DNA of 64,000 nt from the NCBI GenBank assembly GCA_021801565.1, contig JAJYXV010000003.1:293-64292 (forward strand). Reading direction: 5' to 3'. A program made the position numbers and the translations under genes. Shown piece after piece: positions 38,074 through 49,009 of this stretch. Numbering within the stretch: the stretch's first letter is position 1; every line of letters begins with the position of its first letter. The notes below the pieces were generated by a model. It saw nothing but the letters and a program-made list of their open reading frames with translations. It was not told the origin of the DNA and searched no databases. The stretch is from a bacterium. GTDB lineage: Bacteria; Patescibacteriota; Minisyncoccia; UBA6257; GWB1-50-10.

Positions 38074-40091
38074 TAAATAAAAATTGATGTTCCAATACGA
38101 GCATCAGGGGTTGGAATCGGAGCATACTCTGCTTGTGTTGGTTTTAATTCGTGTAACCATAGATATCTTTCGTCGTCTTTTTGTGGAAATGTTCCCATTT
38201 TTTTCCCTGAGGCTTGCACAAGTACATTTCCGGAAACAGCAAGCCATTCGATATTTTCAGCTCTTGGGTTTCCTTTTATAGATTTCCATTCAACGACGCG
38301 ATCATTTCCGAGATAATATTTTGGATCTCCACCTCCAAAATAATCAACCGCAATTTTTTTAATGTCGTTATTTGGATCACCATCGTTATTTTTTTCCTCT
38401 ACCCAACTTTTTAGACGTTTTAAATCTTGTCCCCAATCATAATTTGAATCCGCTACATAGCGAAATCCTCCAAGTGTTCCACCGCCCATTTGATTGAAAT
38501 AAGAAAGAAAATAAGGAGATGCAGCAAACGTTTCTCCGATAAACCATAATATAAGAATTCCAAGTCCGATTCTCCTTATGGTAATTTTTTTTGTATCCGC
38601 GTGTTCATATGAATAGGTAGATACGCTGTAATTTTTTGATGGAATATTCTGTGTTCCTTGTTTATTTCCAGAAAACAGAGTGTTAAATGCTGTTTTTAAT
38701 GCACTTGTGGCAAGGATATATAAAAAGGGAAGTGTTGGAATAAGATGGCGCATTCCGATATTGAGAGGGCTTTTCATGCTGTATACCCAATATATAACGA
38801 CAAAAATAAACATTGAAAACTCTGCAAAATTTGTTCCGAGGTAGTCAGAAAATCTTTTTATCACCGATTTTTCCTTTTTCATCCCCCTTATGATGTGCAT
38901 ACACGAAAACAATATTCCAAAGAAAATAATGAGAAGTGAAGGGATGGTTTCTTTAAGGAGAAATACAATTGGGAAATAATACCACCATCCAAGATTTGAT
39001 ACTTCACCCAAAAAATATCCAGTATTCCCTCCAGCTGCTCGCTGGAACGTCATTAAAAGTCCCAAGGAATATTCTCCAAGCGGTCGAAGTAGCGTTGACT
39101 CAGTAAGGAGAAGAGAAATTTTTGCGATCCATTGAGGAGAAAAAGATTGAAGTATTTTTTGAGAGTCTTCTATTTGTCGTTCGTGGGGGTAATGAAGGGT
39201 AAAGAGGGTGTAAACCGCAAAAATAATGAGAAAAGCAATTATGAGAATTATGAAAAATTGTACTATATATTTTTTTACGTTTTTTGTTTTTGTATATACT
39301 TCTTTTTCTTCCTCTCTAAGATTTTTTATTCTCATTTTTTCAAAAATGAGAAATATAATTCCAATGATGACAAAATAGGGAAGAAGGAGCACATTTGAAA
39401 ATTTCATAAGTTCCGCAATACCGAGCGTGATTCCTGCAAAAATTATATTTCCTTTTTTGGGAGAAAGGAGAAACTTGATGAATGCATACGTTGCAAGAAA
39501 TGTTCCGAGCGCTGCCCCTATATCAGTGGTCACATAATGACCATGCGCGATAACTGTCGGAGAAAATCCAAAGAGAAGCGTTGGAAGAAGTGCCCACCAT
39601 CGTCCCATAAGTTCATTTGCCCATACATAGATAAGGATAATAAAAAAGAGTGTAAGGATAATTGGAAATATACGCGATGCAAATAGGATATTATCTGCAT
39701 TATTTCCTGATCCATAGAGAAATTTTTTCCCCGCATCCCACTGTCCGTTCAAACTATCTTTCCAACTTTTATCATCGGTAGGAAATTTTATCTCTTGAAA
39801 TAAGAGAGGAATAGCCGCAAGCGCCTTTATAAGCGGGGGATGTTCAGGATTTAGGCGATAATCAAGCAGTTTTATATATCCATATCCCGCAGGGATATGA
39901 GCTAATTCATCCATTGTTGCAGATTCTTGATATGCGCCCCGTAGCATAAAGAATGCTGAGACAACAACAAGGATACTAAGGAATACAAACGGGATTTTTG
40001 AGTGGTTCTGAAAAGTCATATGAGAGTATGCTATTATAATAATATAAAATAGGATATTCATGAACTCCCTCAGAAACAAACAAAAAATCAT
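38064..40091 (-). CDS. GT-C fold lipid-carrier-dependent glycosyltransferase (PMT/ArnT-like family)
   Basis: 675 aa, more than 10 TM. First loop motif MDELAHIPAGYGY...NPEHPPLIK. Confidence 0.65.
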   Translation of the reverse strand: MIFCLFLREFMNILFYIIIIAYSHMTFQNHSKIPFVFLSILVVVSAFFMLRGAYQESATMDELAHIPAGYGYIKLLDYRLNPEHPPLIKALAAIPLLFQEIKFPTDDKSWKDSLNGQWDAGKKFLYGSGNNADNILFASRIFPIILTLFFIILIYVWANELMGRWWALLPTLLFGFSPTVIAHGHYVTTDIGAALGTFLATYAFIKFLLSPKKGNIIFAGITLGIAELMKFSNVLLLPYFVIIGIIFLIFEKMRIKNLREEEKEVYTKTKNVKKYIVQFFIILIIAFLIIFAVYTLFTLHYPHERQIEDSQKILQSFSPQWIAKISLLLTESTLLRPLGEYSLGLLMTFQRAAGGNTGYFLGEVSNLGWWYYFPIVFLLKETIPSLLIIFFGILFSCMHIIRGMKKEKSVIKRFSDYLGTNFAEFSMFIFVVIYWVYSMKSPLNIGMRHLIPTLPFLYILATSALKTAFNTLFSGNKQGTQNIPSKNYSVSTYSYEHADTKKITIRRIGLGILILWFIGETFAASPYFLSYFNQMGGGTLGGFRYVADSNYDWGQDLKRLKSWVEEKNNDGDPNNDIKKIAVDYFGGGDPKYYLGNDRVVEWKSIKGNPRAENIEWLAVSGNVLVQASGKKMGTFPQKDDERYLWLHELKPTQAEYAPIPTPDARIGTSIFIYHL

Positions 40092-40884
40092 AACACCAAA
40101 AAAAGGAATATATGGGTTTTCTCTTGTGGAACTTATGATTTATATCGGTATATTTGCCGTAAGTGCCGTGTTCCTTGTGAGTATTTTAACGGTAGTAACT
40201 CAAATTCAAGTGAGACAGACCTCTGTACACGAACTAAATCAACAAATTTCGTTTGTTCGTGCAGTCGTCGAACGTTTTGTCCAAACGTCAAGTCTGGTGG
40301 ATATGACGACAGCGGTCACGACCTCGACAATAAAGCTCCGCATGTCTTCCTCGACGAATGATGTGGTGTTGGTCTATCCATTAAATTCAATTCTTTATCT
40401 TGAAGAGAGAGACGCATCGGGCAATTCAACCGTGAAACCCCTCACCGATTCAAATGTGGTGGTAGATAATTTTTCTGCAACAAAATACCAGACTCCAAAC
40501 GGATTTTCATTGGTGCAAATTGATATGTCTCTTAGTTATAATGCGACAAATCCTCGTGCAATGGCGACACGAACACTCAAAACTGCAATCGCGAGAATTT
40601 CTGCCGCCGAGTTTGATTCGTCGGTGTATCCAAATACGAGTGGAAGTTTTGATATTGGAACGGCGACAAAAAATTGGAATAATGCTTATTTTGCCGGGGT
40701 GGTAGGAATTGGTGCAACAAGTTTTAGCCCTGGATATAAGGCGGTAATTAGTGGGGGAGATTTAGGTATCCGTGATGTAAATACCGGGCTTATTGTAAAA
40801 ACACCTGATGGTTCGGCGTGCTATCGCCTCGGGGTCACGAACTCTGGAGGGGTGACGACGACGCTTGTGGGAACGTGCCCGTAG
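40060..40884 (+). CDS. Type IV pilin / pseudopilin (prepilin N-terminal methylation domain)
   Basis: KKGIYG|FSLVELMIYIGIFAVSAVFLVSIL class III signal peptide. Confidence 0.6.
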   Translation: MNSLRNKQKIITPKKGIYGFSLVELMIYIGIFAVSAVFLVSILTVVTQIQVRQTSVHELNQQISFVRAVVERFVQTSSLVDMTTAVTTSTIKLRMSSSTNDVVLVYPLNSILYLEERDASGNSTVKPLTDSNVVVDNFSATKYQTPNGFSLVQIDMSLSYNATNPRAMATRTLKTAIARISAAEFDSSVYPNTSGSFDIGTATKNWNNAYFAGVVGIGATSFSPGYKAVISGGDLGIRDVNTGLIVKTPDGSACYRLGVTNSGGVTTTLVGTCP

Positions 40885-40968
40885 GCATCTATGGTGGGGT
40901 ATTTTAGTATAAATCAGCACTTGACATGGTTGAGTGCTGATTTATAATGGAGACATATTCTTATAAGC

Positions 40969-41682
40969 ATGAGGGAACGGACAAGGGATATTCTTAAAGC
41001 GGGAATTCAATATTTTATAAAGACCGGCATTCCCATTACTTCGGAGCGTCTCTATGAAGAATATGATTTTGGTATTAAACCCGCGATGATTCGGTGTGAA
41101 TTAAATGCACTTGATGATGCGGGGTATCTTGAACAAAATCATCCGTCGGGAGGACGTTGGCCGACGCATAAAGGATATAAGTTTTTTGTTGACAATCTTC
41201 TTTTGATAGGAGAAGAAAAAAATTCTGATTCTCTTGATCGGACATTTGGTCATTTGGTGGATGATTTACTTCGCGGTGATAAACGTTCGTTCGTAAAACA
41301 AATATCTGATTCAACAAACATGTTGAGTGTTGGGTATGAACCCGAGCATGATGAATTTTATAACAGCGGACTTCACGATTTGTTTAATCGATTGGAAATG
41401 AACGTGAAAGAAGATTTTTTGAAAGTAGTTGAGGATTTTGAATTAATTACAAAACGACTTGAAGAGGATAGAGAATGGTGGGAGAGGTCTTCAACATGGC
41501 CGCAGGTGTTTATTGGGCACAGCCCAGTGACGAAAAGCAAGCATATTTCGGTAATTGCCGAACGTTTAAATTTGCCTGAGGGAGATTTTCTTTTGTTTCT
41601 TGTAGGACCAAACCGAATGGATTACGAGCGATCAATACATATGATTCGCTTTCTTCAAAGGTCAATTGATGAAAAAATTTAA
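40969..41682 (+). CDS. hrcA: Heat-inducible transcription repressor HrcA (short form)
   Basis: N-terminal wHTH RTRDILKAGIQYFIKTGIPITSERL...GGRWPTHKGYKFFV. Upstream of grpE-dnaK-dnaJ. Confidence 0.6.
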   Translation: MRERTRDILKAGIQYFIKTGIPITSERLYEEYDFGIKPAMIRCELNALDDAGYLEQNHPSGGRWPTHKGYKFFVDNLLLIGEEKNSDSLDRTFGHLVDDLLRGDKRSFVKQISDSTNMLSVGYEPEHDEFYNSGLHDLFNRLEMNVKEDFLKVVEDFELITKRLEEDREWWERSSTWPQVFIGHSPVTKSKHISVIAERLNLPEGDFLLFLVGPNRMDYERSIHMIRFLQRSIDEKI

Positions 41683-41684
41683 TT

Positions 41685-42191
41685 ATGGAAGAAGATATAA
41701 AAAACAATAAACAAGAAGAAGAAAAATCAGAAGAAAAAAATGGAAATGAATTGGAATTGTGTATGAAAAAATGTGATGAATATCTTGATGGATGGAAACG
41801 GGCGAAAGCAGATTTTTTGAACTATAAAAAAGAAGAGGGAGAACGCATTTCTGAGCTTATAAAATTTGGCAATGAATCAATTATGTCCGATCTCATCACT
41901 GTTCTTGATAGTTTTAACCTCGGAATTTCTTTAAGCAATGATGAAACGGCGAAGAAAGGGATGATGCTTATTAAGGTGCAAATGGAGGATATTCTAAAAC
42001 GATACGGACTTGAAAAGATTTCAGTAGAACATGGGGGAAGTTTTGATCCGAAGATGCAAGAGGCGGTTGATGAGATTGTTTCGGAATATCCAGAGGGATC
42101 GGTAGCTGAAGAAATAGAGAAGGGATATGTATTAAATGGGAAGGTAATACGGCCGATAAAAGTGAAATTATCAAAAGGCAATGGGGGATAA
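41685..42191 (+). CDS. grpE: Nucleotide exchange factor GrpE
   Basis: Coiled-coil followed by GrpE C-terminal beta domain (GYVLNGKVIRPIKV). Confidence 0.8.
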   Translation: MEEDIKNNKQEEEKSEEKNGNELELCMKKCDEYLDGWKRAKADFLNYKKEEGERISELIKFGNESIMSDLITVLDSFNLGISLSNDETAKKGMMLIKVQMEDILKRYGLEKISVEHGGSFDPKMQEAVDEIVSEYPEGSVAEEIEKGYVLNGKVIRPIKVKLSKGNGG

Positions 42192-42269
42192 GGTAAAAAT
42201 TACAAATTAAAATAACAAACAAATTTAAAACAAAGGGTCAAATATAAAAATATTAATATTATAAAAAAT

Positions 42270-44180
42270 ATGGCAAAAATTTTAGGAATTGATTTAGGAA
42301 CAACAAACTCTGCAATGGCGATTATGGAAGGTGGAGAACCACGTGTTCTTGAAAATCAAGAAGGAAACAGAACCACCCCATCTATTGTGGCATTTAGCAA
42401 GTCGGGAGAACGCCTTGCTGGCCTTCTTGCAAAGCGTCAGGCAGTCGTAAATCCGAAAAATACGATTTTTTCAGTAAAGCGTTTAATTGGAAGAAAATTT
42501 TCTGATCCAGAAGTGCAGCGTGACAAACAGTGGTTACCGTATGATCTTAAAGAATCGAGTCAGGGAGGGGTTGAAATCAAAATGGGAGAGAAGTGGTATA
42601 CCGCTGAAGAAATCTCCGCAATGATCCTACAGAAACTAAAATTGGACGCAGAAGCGAAATTGGGAGAAAAAATTGATGAAGCGGTTATCACTGTTCCTGC
42701 ATATTTTGATGATAGTCAGCGCCAAGCAACAAAAACTGCGGGGGAAATTGCGGGATTTAAAGTACGGAGAATTATCAATGAACCAACGGCAGCAGCACTG
42801 GCATACGGGTTAAACAGAAAGAAGAACGAGCAAATTGTGGTATATGATTTTGGTGGAGGAACGTTTGATATTTCAATTCTCGAGGTAGGAGATGATACTG
42901 TTGAAGTAAAAGCAACTGGAGGTGATACACATTTGGGAGGAGATGATTTTGATAAACGTATTATTGAATATCTTGTGCAGGAATACAAAAAACAGGATGG
43001 AATTGATATTTCAAAAGATTCACTCGCACTCCAACGCTTACGGGAAGCGGCAGAGCGTGCAAAACACGAACTCTCAACGGCACTCGAAACAGAAATTAAC
43101 CTTCCTTATATCACATCAGATGCGTCAGGTCCAAAACATTTTGTAATAAAACTTACGCGTGCAAAACTTGAGGATCTGGTCAGTGATTTTATTACTCGAT
43201 CAATTGATCTTGTTCGTGAGGCGGTAACAAATCTTTCACCAAAGGGTGCTGGAATGAAATTAGAAGACATAGATGAAGTAGTGCTTGTGGGAGGACAGAC
43301 ACGAATGCCCGCAATACAAGAGGCTGTGAAAAAATTATTTGGAAAAGAAGCACATAAAGGAATTAATCCGGATGAAGTAGTTGCAATTGGTGCCGGTATA
43401 CAGGCGGGAGTGCTTCAGGGAGACGTGAAAGATATCCTCCTTCTTGATGTGACACCGCTTACATTGAGTATTGAAACACTTGGGGGTGTGGCAACGCCAA
43501 TGATTCAAAAAAATACAACTGTGCCGACCTCAAAGAGCCAGGTCTTTTCTACAGCAGCCGATAGTCAAACTTCGGTGGAAATTCACATTGGTCAAGGTGA
43601 ACGTCCGATGATGGCAGATAATAAAACACTTGGACGATTTATTCTTGATGGTATTCCACCTTCACCTCGTGGTATTCCACAGATTGAAGTGACGTTTGAT
43701 ATTGATGCAAACGGGATATTGAATGTTTCTGCAAAAGATAAAGCGAGTGGAAAAACGCAGTCAGTGCGTATTGAAGCATCGACGAGTTTAAGCAAAGACG
43801 AAGTTGAAAAATTAAAAAAGGAAGCAGAAATGTATGCAGCTGATGATCAAAAGAAAAAAGAAATGATTGAAGTGAAAAACCAGGCGGAATCAGCGGTATA
43901 TCTTGCCGAAAAGAGTTTGCGTGATGCCGGCGATAAAATTCCTGCGGATATAAAAACTGGTGTTGAACAAAAAATCGCGCGCTTAAAAGAAGTAAAAGAG
44001 GGAACAGATGTCCAAGTGATTCAAACAGCAACACAAGAACTTTCACAAGAATTACAAAAGGTTGGTCAATTCATGTATAATAATACCAATCAACCTTCTC
44101 AAGAAGGAGGAGAAAAGAATCCTGAGGGGGGTGAGGAACAACATGACACCGGGTCCGACAGTAACAGCACAAGCAGTTGA
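42270..44180 (+). CDS. dnaK: Chaperone DnaK (Hsp70)
   Basis: [18 protein letters not shown] and [12 protein letters not shown] signatures. Confidence 0.9.
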   Translation: MAKILGIDLGTTNSAMAIMEGGEPRVLENQEGNRTTPSIVAFSKSGERLAGLLAKRQAVVNPKNTIFSVKRLIGRKFSDPEVQRDKQWLPYDLKESSQGGVEIKMGEKWYTAEEISAMILQKLKLDAEAKLGEKIDEAVITVPAYFDDSQRQATKTAGEIAGFKVRRIINEPTAAALAYGLNRKKNEQIVVYDFGGGTFDISILEVGDDTVEVKATGGDTHLGGDDFDKRIIEYLVQEYKKQDGIDISKDSLALQRLREAAERAKHELSTALETEINLPYITSDASGPKHFVIKLTRAKLEDLVSDFITRSIDLVREAVTNLSPKGAGMKLEDIDEVVLVGGQTRMPAIQEAVKKLFGKEAHKGINPDEVVAIGAGIQAGVLQGDVKDILLLDVTPLTLSIETLGGVATPMIQKNTTVPTSKSQVFSTAADSQTSVEIHIGQGERPMMADNKTLGRFILDGIPPSPRGIPQIEVTFDIDANGILNVSAKDKASGKTQSVRIEASTSLSKDEVEKLKKEAEMYAADDQKKKEMIEVKNQAESAVYLAEKSLRDAGDKIPADIKTGVEQKIARLKEVKEGTDVQVIQTATQELSQELQKVGQFMYNNTNQPSQEGGEKNPEGGEEQHDTGSDSNSTSS

Positions 44181-45192
44181 GGCGGAAATAGATCGAAGTA
44201 TCCTGAAAATTATTTTTCTGGCGCTTTTTGGCGCGGGTCTTTCCGTGTTGTCGGTGAAGCTCTTTCTTAATTTCTTATTGGATATCCAAAGTGGGTTTTT
44301 CTTCCTTTGGCTTGCTGCTGCGATTGGGTTTCTTGTGGTAATTCTTTTGGAAACAATTTTTATCAAAAGCAGAATGAAATTAATTGGGATTATGTTTCTT
44401 CAGGGAATCGTTCCACTTGCGCTTTTTATCGATCAGTTATATCCGATCATTTCAGTTCCATTAATAACTGGCGCGGGCCTTTTTGTATTGTTTCTCATAC
44501 TTGGTTCGCATAAGGGATGGAGATTTTTGGGGGAAAGTCTCACTATCCGATTTTCATTTATGGCAAAAATTGTTTTGCCAAAAGTAGTGATGGGGATGAT
44601 TTTCTTGCTTCTTTCGGTCATGTATATCCAATATTTTGAACTAAACAAGTTCACTGATACACTGGGAAGATCTGTTGTTTCGGAGATGCTTATTGCCAGC
44701 GAACCTGTGGTGAAATTGTGGTTTCCAAATGTAAATTTTGACCAGAATACACAGTCATTTTTTGAATCGGTCGCTGAGGCGCAGTTGAAAAATATTCGTG
44801 TTGAAACGACACGAGGTGACGGAGCTCGTGTTTCCGTCGAGTTCAAGACACTTACCGATGATATGAAAAAGAAAATTATAAGCGATGTAGGTGAAAAGAT
44901 AAGGATAATATTTGAAGAAAAATCAAATTCTTCATTTTCTCCAAATACATTAATAAAAGAATCGATATTTCTTGCAACAAAAAAATATATTCAAAACAGT
45001 TCTGAAAAAATGGGAAGCTTATTTTCTATTATCGTAATTATTATTGCGTTTTTTACCTTCAAAGGAGTTTTTTCCCTTATTCATTGGCTTATTAGTCTTA
45101 TCGCATTTCTCATATATAAGTTTCTTGTAGTCGTGGGGTTTGCCTATATTAATCTTGAAAGCAGAAGTAGGGAATTTATATTATTGTCGTGA
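44143..45192 (+). CDS. Hypothetical polytopic membrane protein
   Basis: ORF 44062..45192 overlaps the dnaK 3' end. The true start is uncertain; it may be at ATG 44143 (overlap 38 nt) or at a GTG/TTG further downstream. Multiple TM segments. Confidence 0.3.
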   Translation: MTPGPTVTAQAVEAEIDRSILKIIFLALFGAGLSVLSVKLFLNFLLDIQSGFFFLWLAAAIGFLVVILLETIFIKSRMKLIGIMFLQGIVPLALFIDQLYPIISVPLITGAGLFVLFLILGSHKGWRFLGESLTIRFSFMAKIVLPKVVMGMIFLLLSVMYIQYFELNKFTDTLGRSVVSEMLIASEPVVKLWFPNVNFDQNTQSFFESVAEAQLKNIRVETTRGDGARVSVEFKTLTDDMKKKIISDVGEKIRIIFEEKSNSSFSPNTLIKESIFLATKKYIQNSSEKMGSLFSIIVIIIAFFTFKGVFSLIHWLISLIAFLIYKFLVVVGFAYINLESRSREFILLS

Positions 45193-45298
45193 TAAAAATA
45201 AAAACTAAAATCTTATCTCTTTTGAATGAATTTTTGAGATTTCTAGCCTATGGCTGGTCTGCCTCGGGTGGAGATTTTTGAAGTTCAAAATTTTTTGT

Positions 45299-46417
45299 AT
45301 GTCTAAAGATTTCTATTCGATCTTAGGAGTAGCACGCGGTGCTTCCGAGGAAGAAATAAAAAAAGCATATCGGAAACTTGCACATCAATATCATCCCGAT
45401 AAAGCGGGTGGTGATGAAAAGAAATTTAAGGAAATTAATGAGGCATATCAAGTGCTCTCGAATAAGGAAAAACGTGCACAGTATGATCAATTTGGGACAA
45501 CATTTTCTTCTCAAGGCGGATCCGCTTATGGCGGAGACGGATCACCATTTGGTTTTGGTGGATTCAATCAAAACGATTTTCAAAACTGGAATTTTCAAAG
45601 TGGATTTGAGGGTGGGGATTTTGGCGATATTTTTGAGACGATATTTGAACAATTTGGTGGCGGAGGTGGACGGAAGCGTCAAACATACAAACACGGGTCT
45701 GATATAGAAACACGAATTGAGCTTACACTTGAAGAAGCATTTTTTGGGAAGAAACACGAATTGGGATTCAAAACGTATGTGGCATGTAAAGATTGTGGAG
45801 GAGTAGGACATGATGCGTCAAGGGGATTTTCCACATGTGCGAAATGTAACGGGAAAGGAGAAATACGTGTTGAGAAAAAAACATTTTTTGGAAATTTCGC
45901 TCAAGTGAAAGCGTGTGATACGTGTTCCGGTCGCGGACAGATTCCAAATAAAATTTGTAGCACGTGTAAAGGAGTAGGGAGAGTCGCTGATATAAAAGAA
46001 GTAACGGTAGATATTGCACCGGGAGTTGAAGACGGGCAAGTAGTAAAAATAAAAGGTGGAGGAGAAGCGGGAGAACGTGGGGGTGGATCGGGTGACTTGT
46101 ATGTAAATATTCGAATAAAACCACACGCAGTGTTTAAGAGAAAGAAAAGTGACTTATATATAAATAAAGAAATAAAAATTGTGGATGCTATTTTAGGAAA
46201 AAAGATTAAGATGCAAGAAATTAATGGAACAATATTTGAGTTCTCGGTTCCGCCAGATTTTAATTTTGATGGACCATTTAAGGTTTCAGGAAGAGGAATG
46301 CCACACCTCGGATCTCCATCACGTGGGGATTTGTATATTCATTTTTCTCTTAAAATGCCGAAAAAACTTTCTAAGAAAGCAAAGGAGTTATTGGAGGAAT
46401 TAGAGAGGGAATTATAG
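45299..46417 (+). CDS. dnaJ: Chaperone DnaJ
   Basis: J-domain (HPD in HQYHPDKA), G/F-rich linker, four CxxCxGxG repeats. True start is probably [11 protein letters not shown]. Confidence 0.85.
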   Translation: MSKDFYSILGVARGASEEEIKKAYRKLAHQYHPDKAGGDEKKFKEINEAYQVLSNKEKRAQYDQFGTTFSSQGGSAYGGDGSPFGFGGFNQNDFQNWNFQSGFEGGDFGDIFETIFEQFGGGGGRKRQTYKHGSDIETRIELTLEEAFFGKKHELGFKTYVACKDCGGVGHDASRGFSTCAKCNGKGEIRVEKKTFFGNFAQVKACDTCSGRGQIPNKICSTCKGVGRVADIKEVTVDIAPGVEDGQVVKIKGGGEAGERGGGSGDLYVNIRIKPHAVFKRKKSDLYINKEIKIVDAILGKKIKMQEINGTIFEFSVPPDFNFDGPFKVSGRGMPHLGSPSRGDLYIHFSLKMPKKLSKKAKELLEELEREL

Positions 46418-46722
46418 ATTGACCTAAATCGTATTTTGTGTATTATATACACAAGCCCGTAGATAGTCCCGATTTTATATGCGCGAAGCGAATTAATAAA
46501 ATCGTGGATCCCGATCAGGAAAATGTATTGGGATAGGCAGCCAGAAATGGCAGAAGTCCTGCTGAGGAAACAAAAATAGGTGTTAGCAAGTTAGGTATTA
46601 GGTGTTTAGGAAATTTCTAAATTACTAATGGTCTAGCCGTCTAACTTTCTGATTTAAGAGTCTGCGGCGAAAGGTCGGAGATTTTTTTGTTTTGTTTGAG
46701 CGAAGCGAAATTACAAAACAAA

Positions 46723-46887
46723 CCCCGTTAGATACATATGTATTTTGTCTATGTGTTGAAAAGTAGGAAAGATTCAAATTTTTATGTTGGAAAGACTAAA
46801 AATTTGAAAGAGTGTCTTGAAAACATAAAGGGGGAAGAGATGTCTAAAGAACAGGCTTAAGTATGATCTTTATGGTATCTAATAGGG
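46723..46887 (+). repeat. Degenerate palindromic element (CCCCGTTAGATAC ... GTATCTAATAGGG)
   Basis: Inverted termini, 11 of 13 matching, about 165 bp apart in the long rplJ leader. Confidence 0.3.
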
Positions 46888-46932
46888 TACTGAATTTTGT
46901 GTTTATTCGCGAAGCTTATAAACAAAATTCGT

Positions 46933-47430
46933 ATGAAAACAAAAGCACAAAAGATAAAAAAAGTTGAGGAAGGAGGAAAAATCGTTGATGAAAAAAATAC
47001 GTTGATCTTTGCCGATTTTACTGGAACAAAAGTGAATGATATGAATTCACTCAGAAAAAGTCTTTATGCACTTGAATCAAAATTTGAAGTATTCAAAAAG
47101 CGTTTGTTCCGTGTGGTTTTACAACAAAAGGGATTTGAATTTAATCCAGAAACACTTGTGGGTCAACTTGGTGTTATTCACACCAATAAGAGATTAGATG
47201 AAATTGCGGGACCAGTGTACAAGTTTGCAAAACAATTCAAGACATTCAAAATTCTCGGAAGTGTTGATTTGAAGAGTAAGATATTTGTTTCAGGAACGGA
47301 GGTTGAAGCAATTGGACAATTACCTTCACGTGAAGTACTTATTGCGCAAGTGGTGGGTACAATCGCAGCGCCAATGAGTGCCTTTCTCTATGTGTTAAGT
47401 GAGAGATCAAAACAATTACAGTCGAAATAA
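46933..47430 (+). CDS. rplJ: 50S ribosomal protein L10
   Basis: MKTKAQKIKKVEEGGKIVDEKNTLIFADFTGTKVNDMNSLRK. The ORF track gives a longer N-terminus starting at 46897. Confidence 0.8.
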   Translation: MKTKAQKIKKVEEGGKIVDEKNTLIFADFTGTKVNDMNSLRKSLYALESKFEVFKKRLFRVVLQQKGFEFNPETLVGQLGVIHTNKRLDEIAGPVYKFAKQFKTFKILGSVDLKSKIFVSGTEVEAIGQLPSREVLIAQVVGTIAAPMSAFLYVLSERSKQLQSK

Positions 47431-47435
47431 AAATA

Positions 47436-47507
47436 ACTAACAACAAACAACAAACGACCAACAACAGGATATAAAAAGTTGTATGTTGTAAGTCGTAGGT
47501 TGTGGGT
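47436..47507 (+). repeat. ACAAC-rich / GTTGT-rich hairpin element (copy B), between rplJ and rplL
   Basis: AACTAACAACAAACAACAAACGACCAACAACAGG ... GTTGTATGTTGTAAGTCGTAGGTTGTGGGT. Confidence 0.5.
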
Positions 47508-47515
47508 AAAATATT

Positions 47516-47881
47516 ATGGAAAAATTTAATGATATCATTGAGAAAATCGAGAAAATGACCGTTGTAGAACTTGCGGAGCTCGTAAAAGTTCTCGAAGAAA
47601 AGTTTGGAGTAACCGCATCAATGCCATCAACTGGAGGAGCGGGAGTGGCAGGAGCGGAAGTTGTTGAGAAAACGGAATTTAACGTAGTCCTAAAAGTGGC
47701 GGGTGATCAGAAAATCAATGTGATCAAGGCCATCAGAGAAGCAACCGGATTGGGACTGAAAGAAGCAAAGGATATTGCTGATGCAGCTCCAAAGACGGTG
47801 AAAGAAGGAATGAAGAAGGAAGATGCGGAAGAGTTGAAGAAGAAACTCGAAGCAGCAGGTGCAACAGTGGCGTTAGAATAA
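47516..47881 (+). CDS. rplL: 50S ribosomal protein L7/L12
   Basis: [15 protein letters not shown]...[30 protein letters not shown]. Confidence 0.9.
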   Translation: MEKFNDIIEKIEKMTVVELAELVKVLEEKFGVTASMPSTGGAGVAGAEVVEKTEFNVVLKVAGDQKINVIKAIREATGLGLKEAKDIADAAPKTVKEGMKKEDAEELKKKLEAAGATVALE

Positions 47882-48120
47882 AATAAACGTTTTGTAGTGC
47901 CGACGGTTTGTTTGTTCCAGCGATAAACAACCGTCTGCACTCTCGTTTTGAAAATCCGCTCAGTAGCGGAACCAAGCTTTTCAAAACTCCGAGAGCCACC
48001 ACAAAATGTTTATTTTATTCTTTTTTAATTTGGTTTAAAATACAAAATATGGGCGCTTACCCGCCCATCCTGCCTACCAGTGGCAGGCGGTAGGCAGAAC
48101 TCAGATAGTTTTAAATATTT

Positions 48121-48192
48121 GCGCGCATAGCTCAGTGGTAGAGCGTTCCGTTCACATCGGAGAGGTCGTAGGTTCGATCCCTACTGCGCGCA
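48121..48192 (+). tRNA. tRNA-Val (anticodon CAC)
   Basis: Manual cloverleaf. Acceptor GCGCGCA / TGCGCGC, D-stem GCTC / GAGC, anticodon stem TTCCG / CGGAG, loop TTCACAT, T-loop TTCGATC. CCA not encoded. Confidence 0.85.
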
Positions 48193-48271
48193 CAAAAATA
48201 CGGCTGGTTGTTAGGTTCCCTGCCCGCCGTAATCTGACGAAGGAGGGGATCCCTACACTACAAGGCGCACT

Positions 48272-48907
48272 ATGAAAATTACTAAATTCGGACATTGTTG
48301 TTTTTTAATCGAGGAACAAGGTTTGAGGATTTTAACTGATCCTGGAACATATTCAACAGGACAGAACGATGTAAAAGATATTGATGTAGTTCTTATCACA
48401 CATGATCATAACGATCATTTACACATGGATTCATTAAAAACGATTTTAAAAAATAATCCTCAGGCGAAAGTTATTACTAATAAGAGTGTTGGTATTTTAC
48501 TGGAAAAGGAGGGAATCATTTTTTCTATTATTGAAGATAATCAGAGTTTATTGAAGAATAATGTGTTAATTGAAGGATTTGGAAAAAGTCATGCTGTCAT
48601 GTATTCCTCGATTCCTCAAATACAAAATACTGGCTATTTTATCGCAAATAAACTTTTTTATCCTGGCGATGCGTTTACTAATCCAAAAAAACAAATTGAA
48701 ATTTTAGCATTACCGGTGGCTGGTCCTTGGATGAAATTATCAGAGGCAATTGATTATGCGCTTGAGTTGAAACCAAAAGTTTGTTTTCCCGTGCATGAAG
48801 GTATTTTGAAATCGCCTGGTTCTACACATCGAATACCACCACAAATATTGGAACCAGAGGGAATAAAATTCATTATTTTAGAATTCAAAAAGGAATACAC
48901 ATTTTAG
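48272..48907 (+). CDS. MBL-fold metallo-hydrolase
   Basis: VVLITHDHNDHLH (HxHxDH) motif. Confidence 0.7.
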   Translation: MKITKFGHCCFLIEEQGLRILTDPGTYSTGQNDVKDIDVVLITHDHNDHLHMDSLKTILKNNPQAKVITNKSVGILLEKEGIIFSIIEDNQSLLKNNVLIEGFGKSHAVMYSSIPQIQNTGYFIANKLFYPGDAFTNPKKQIEILALPVAGPWMKLSEAIDYALELKPKVCFPVHEGILKSPGSTHRIPPQILEPEGIKFIILEFKKEYTF

Positions 48908-48912
48908 GAAGA

Positions 48913-48954
48913 AAAAATACAAAATCGCCCAGGTAGGCGATTTTGTATTTTTTG
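48913..48954 (+). terminator. Rho-independent terminator
   Basis: AATACAAAATCGCC-CAGGTAG-GCGATTTTGTATT followed by TTTT. Confidence 0.6.
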
Positions 48955-49009
48955 GTAGAAGAGTTATCTTTATAGATAGAAATGTTTTCAATTTAATAAG
49001 GATAGGAAA

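Noticed and set aside
43639-44046. 135-aa − strand ORF inside dnaK. The same applies to 24074..24547 inside holB, 53482..53940 inside murF and 56479..56940 across the hydrolase.
   Set aside because: They are antisense to strongly supported genes, and nothing in their composition suggests real coding.
44062-44142. 5' extension of the membrane-protein ORF overlapping the dnaK C-terminus by ~120 nt
   Set aside because: It is probably an artefact of the longest-ORF call. An internal start is more plausible.
46500-46580. SRP (4.5S) RNA-like motif AGGCAGCCAG...GGCAGAAG
   Set aside because: The two strands do not form the conserved domain IV helix. It is only a partial resemblance to GGAAGCAGCCAAGGCAG.
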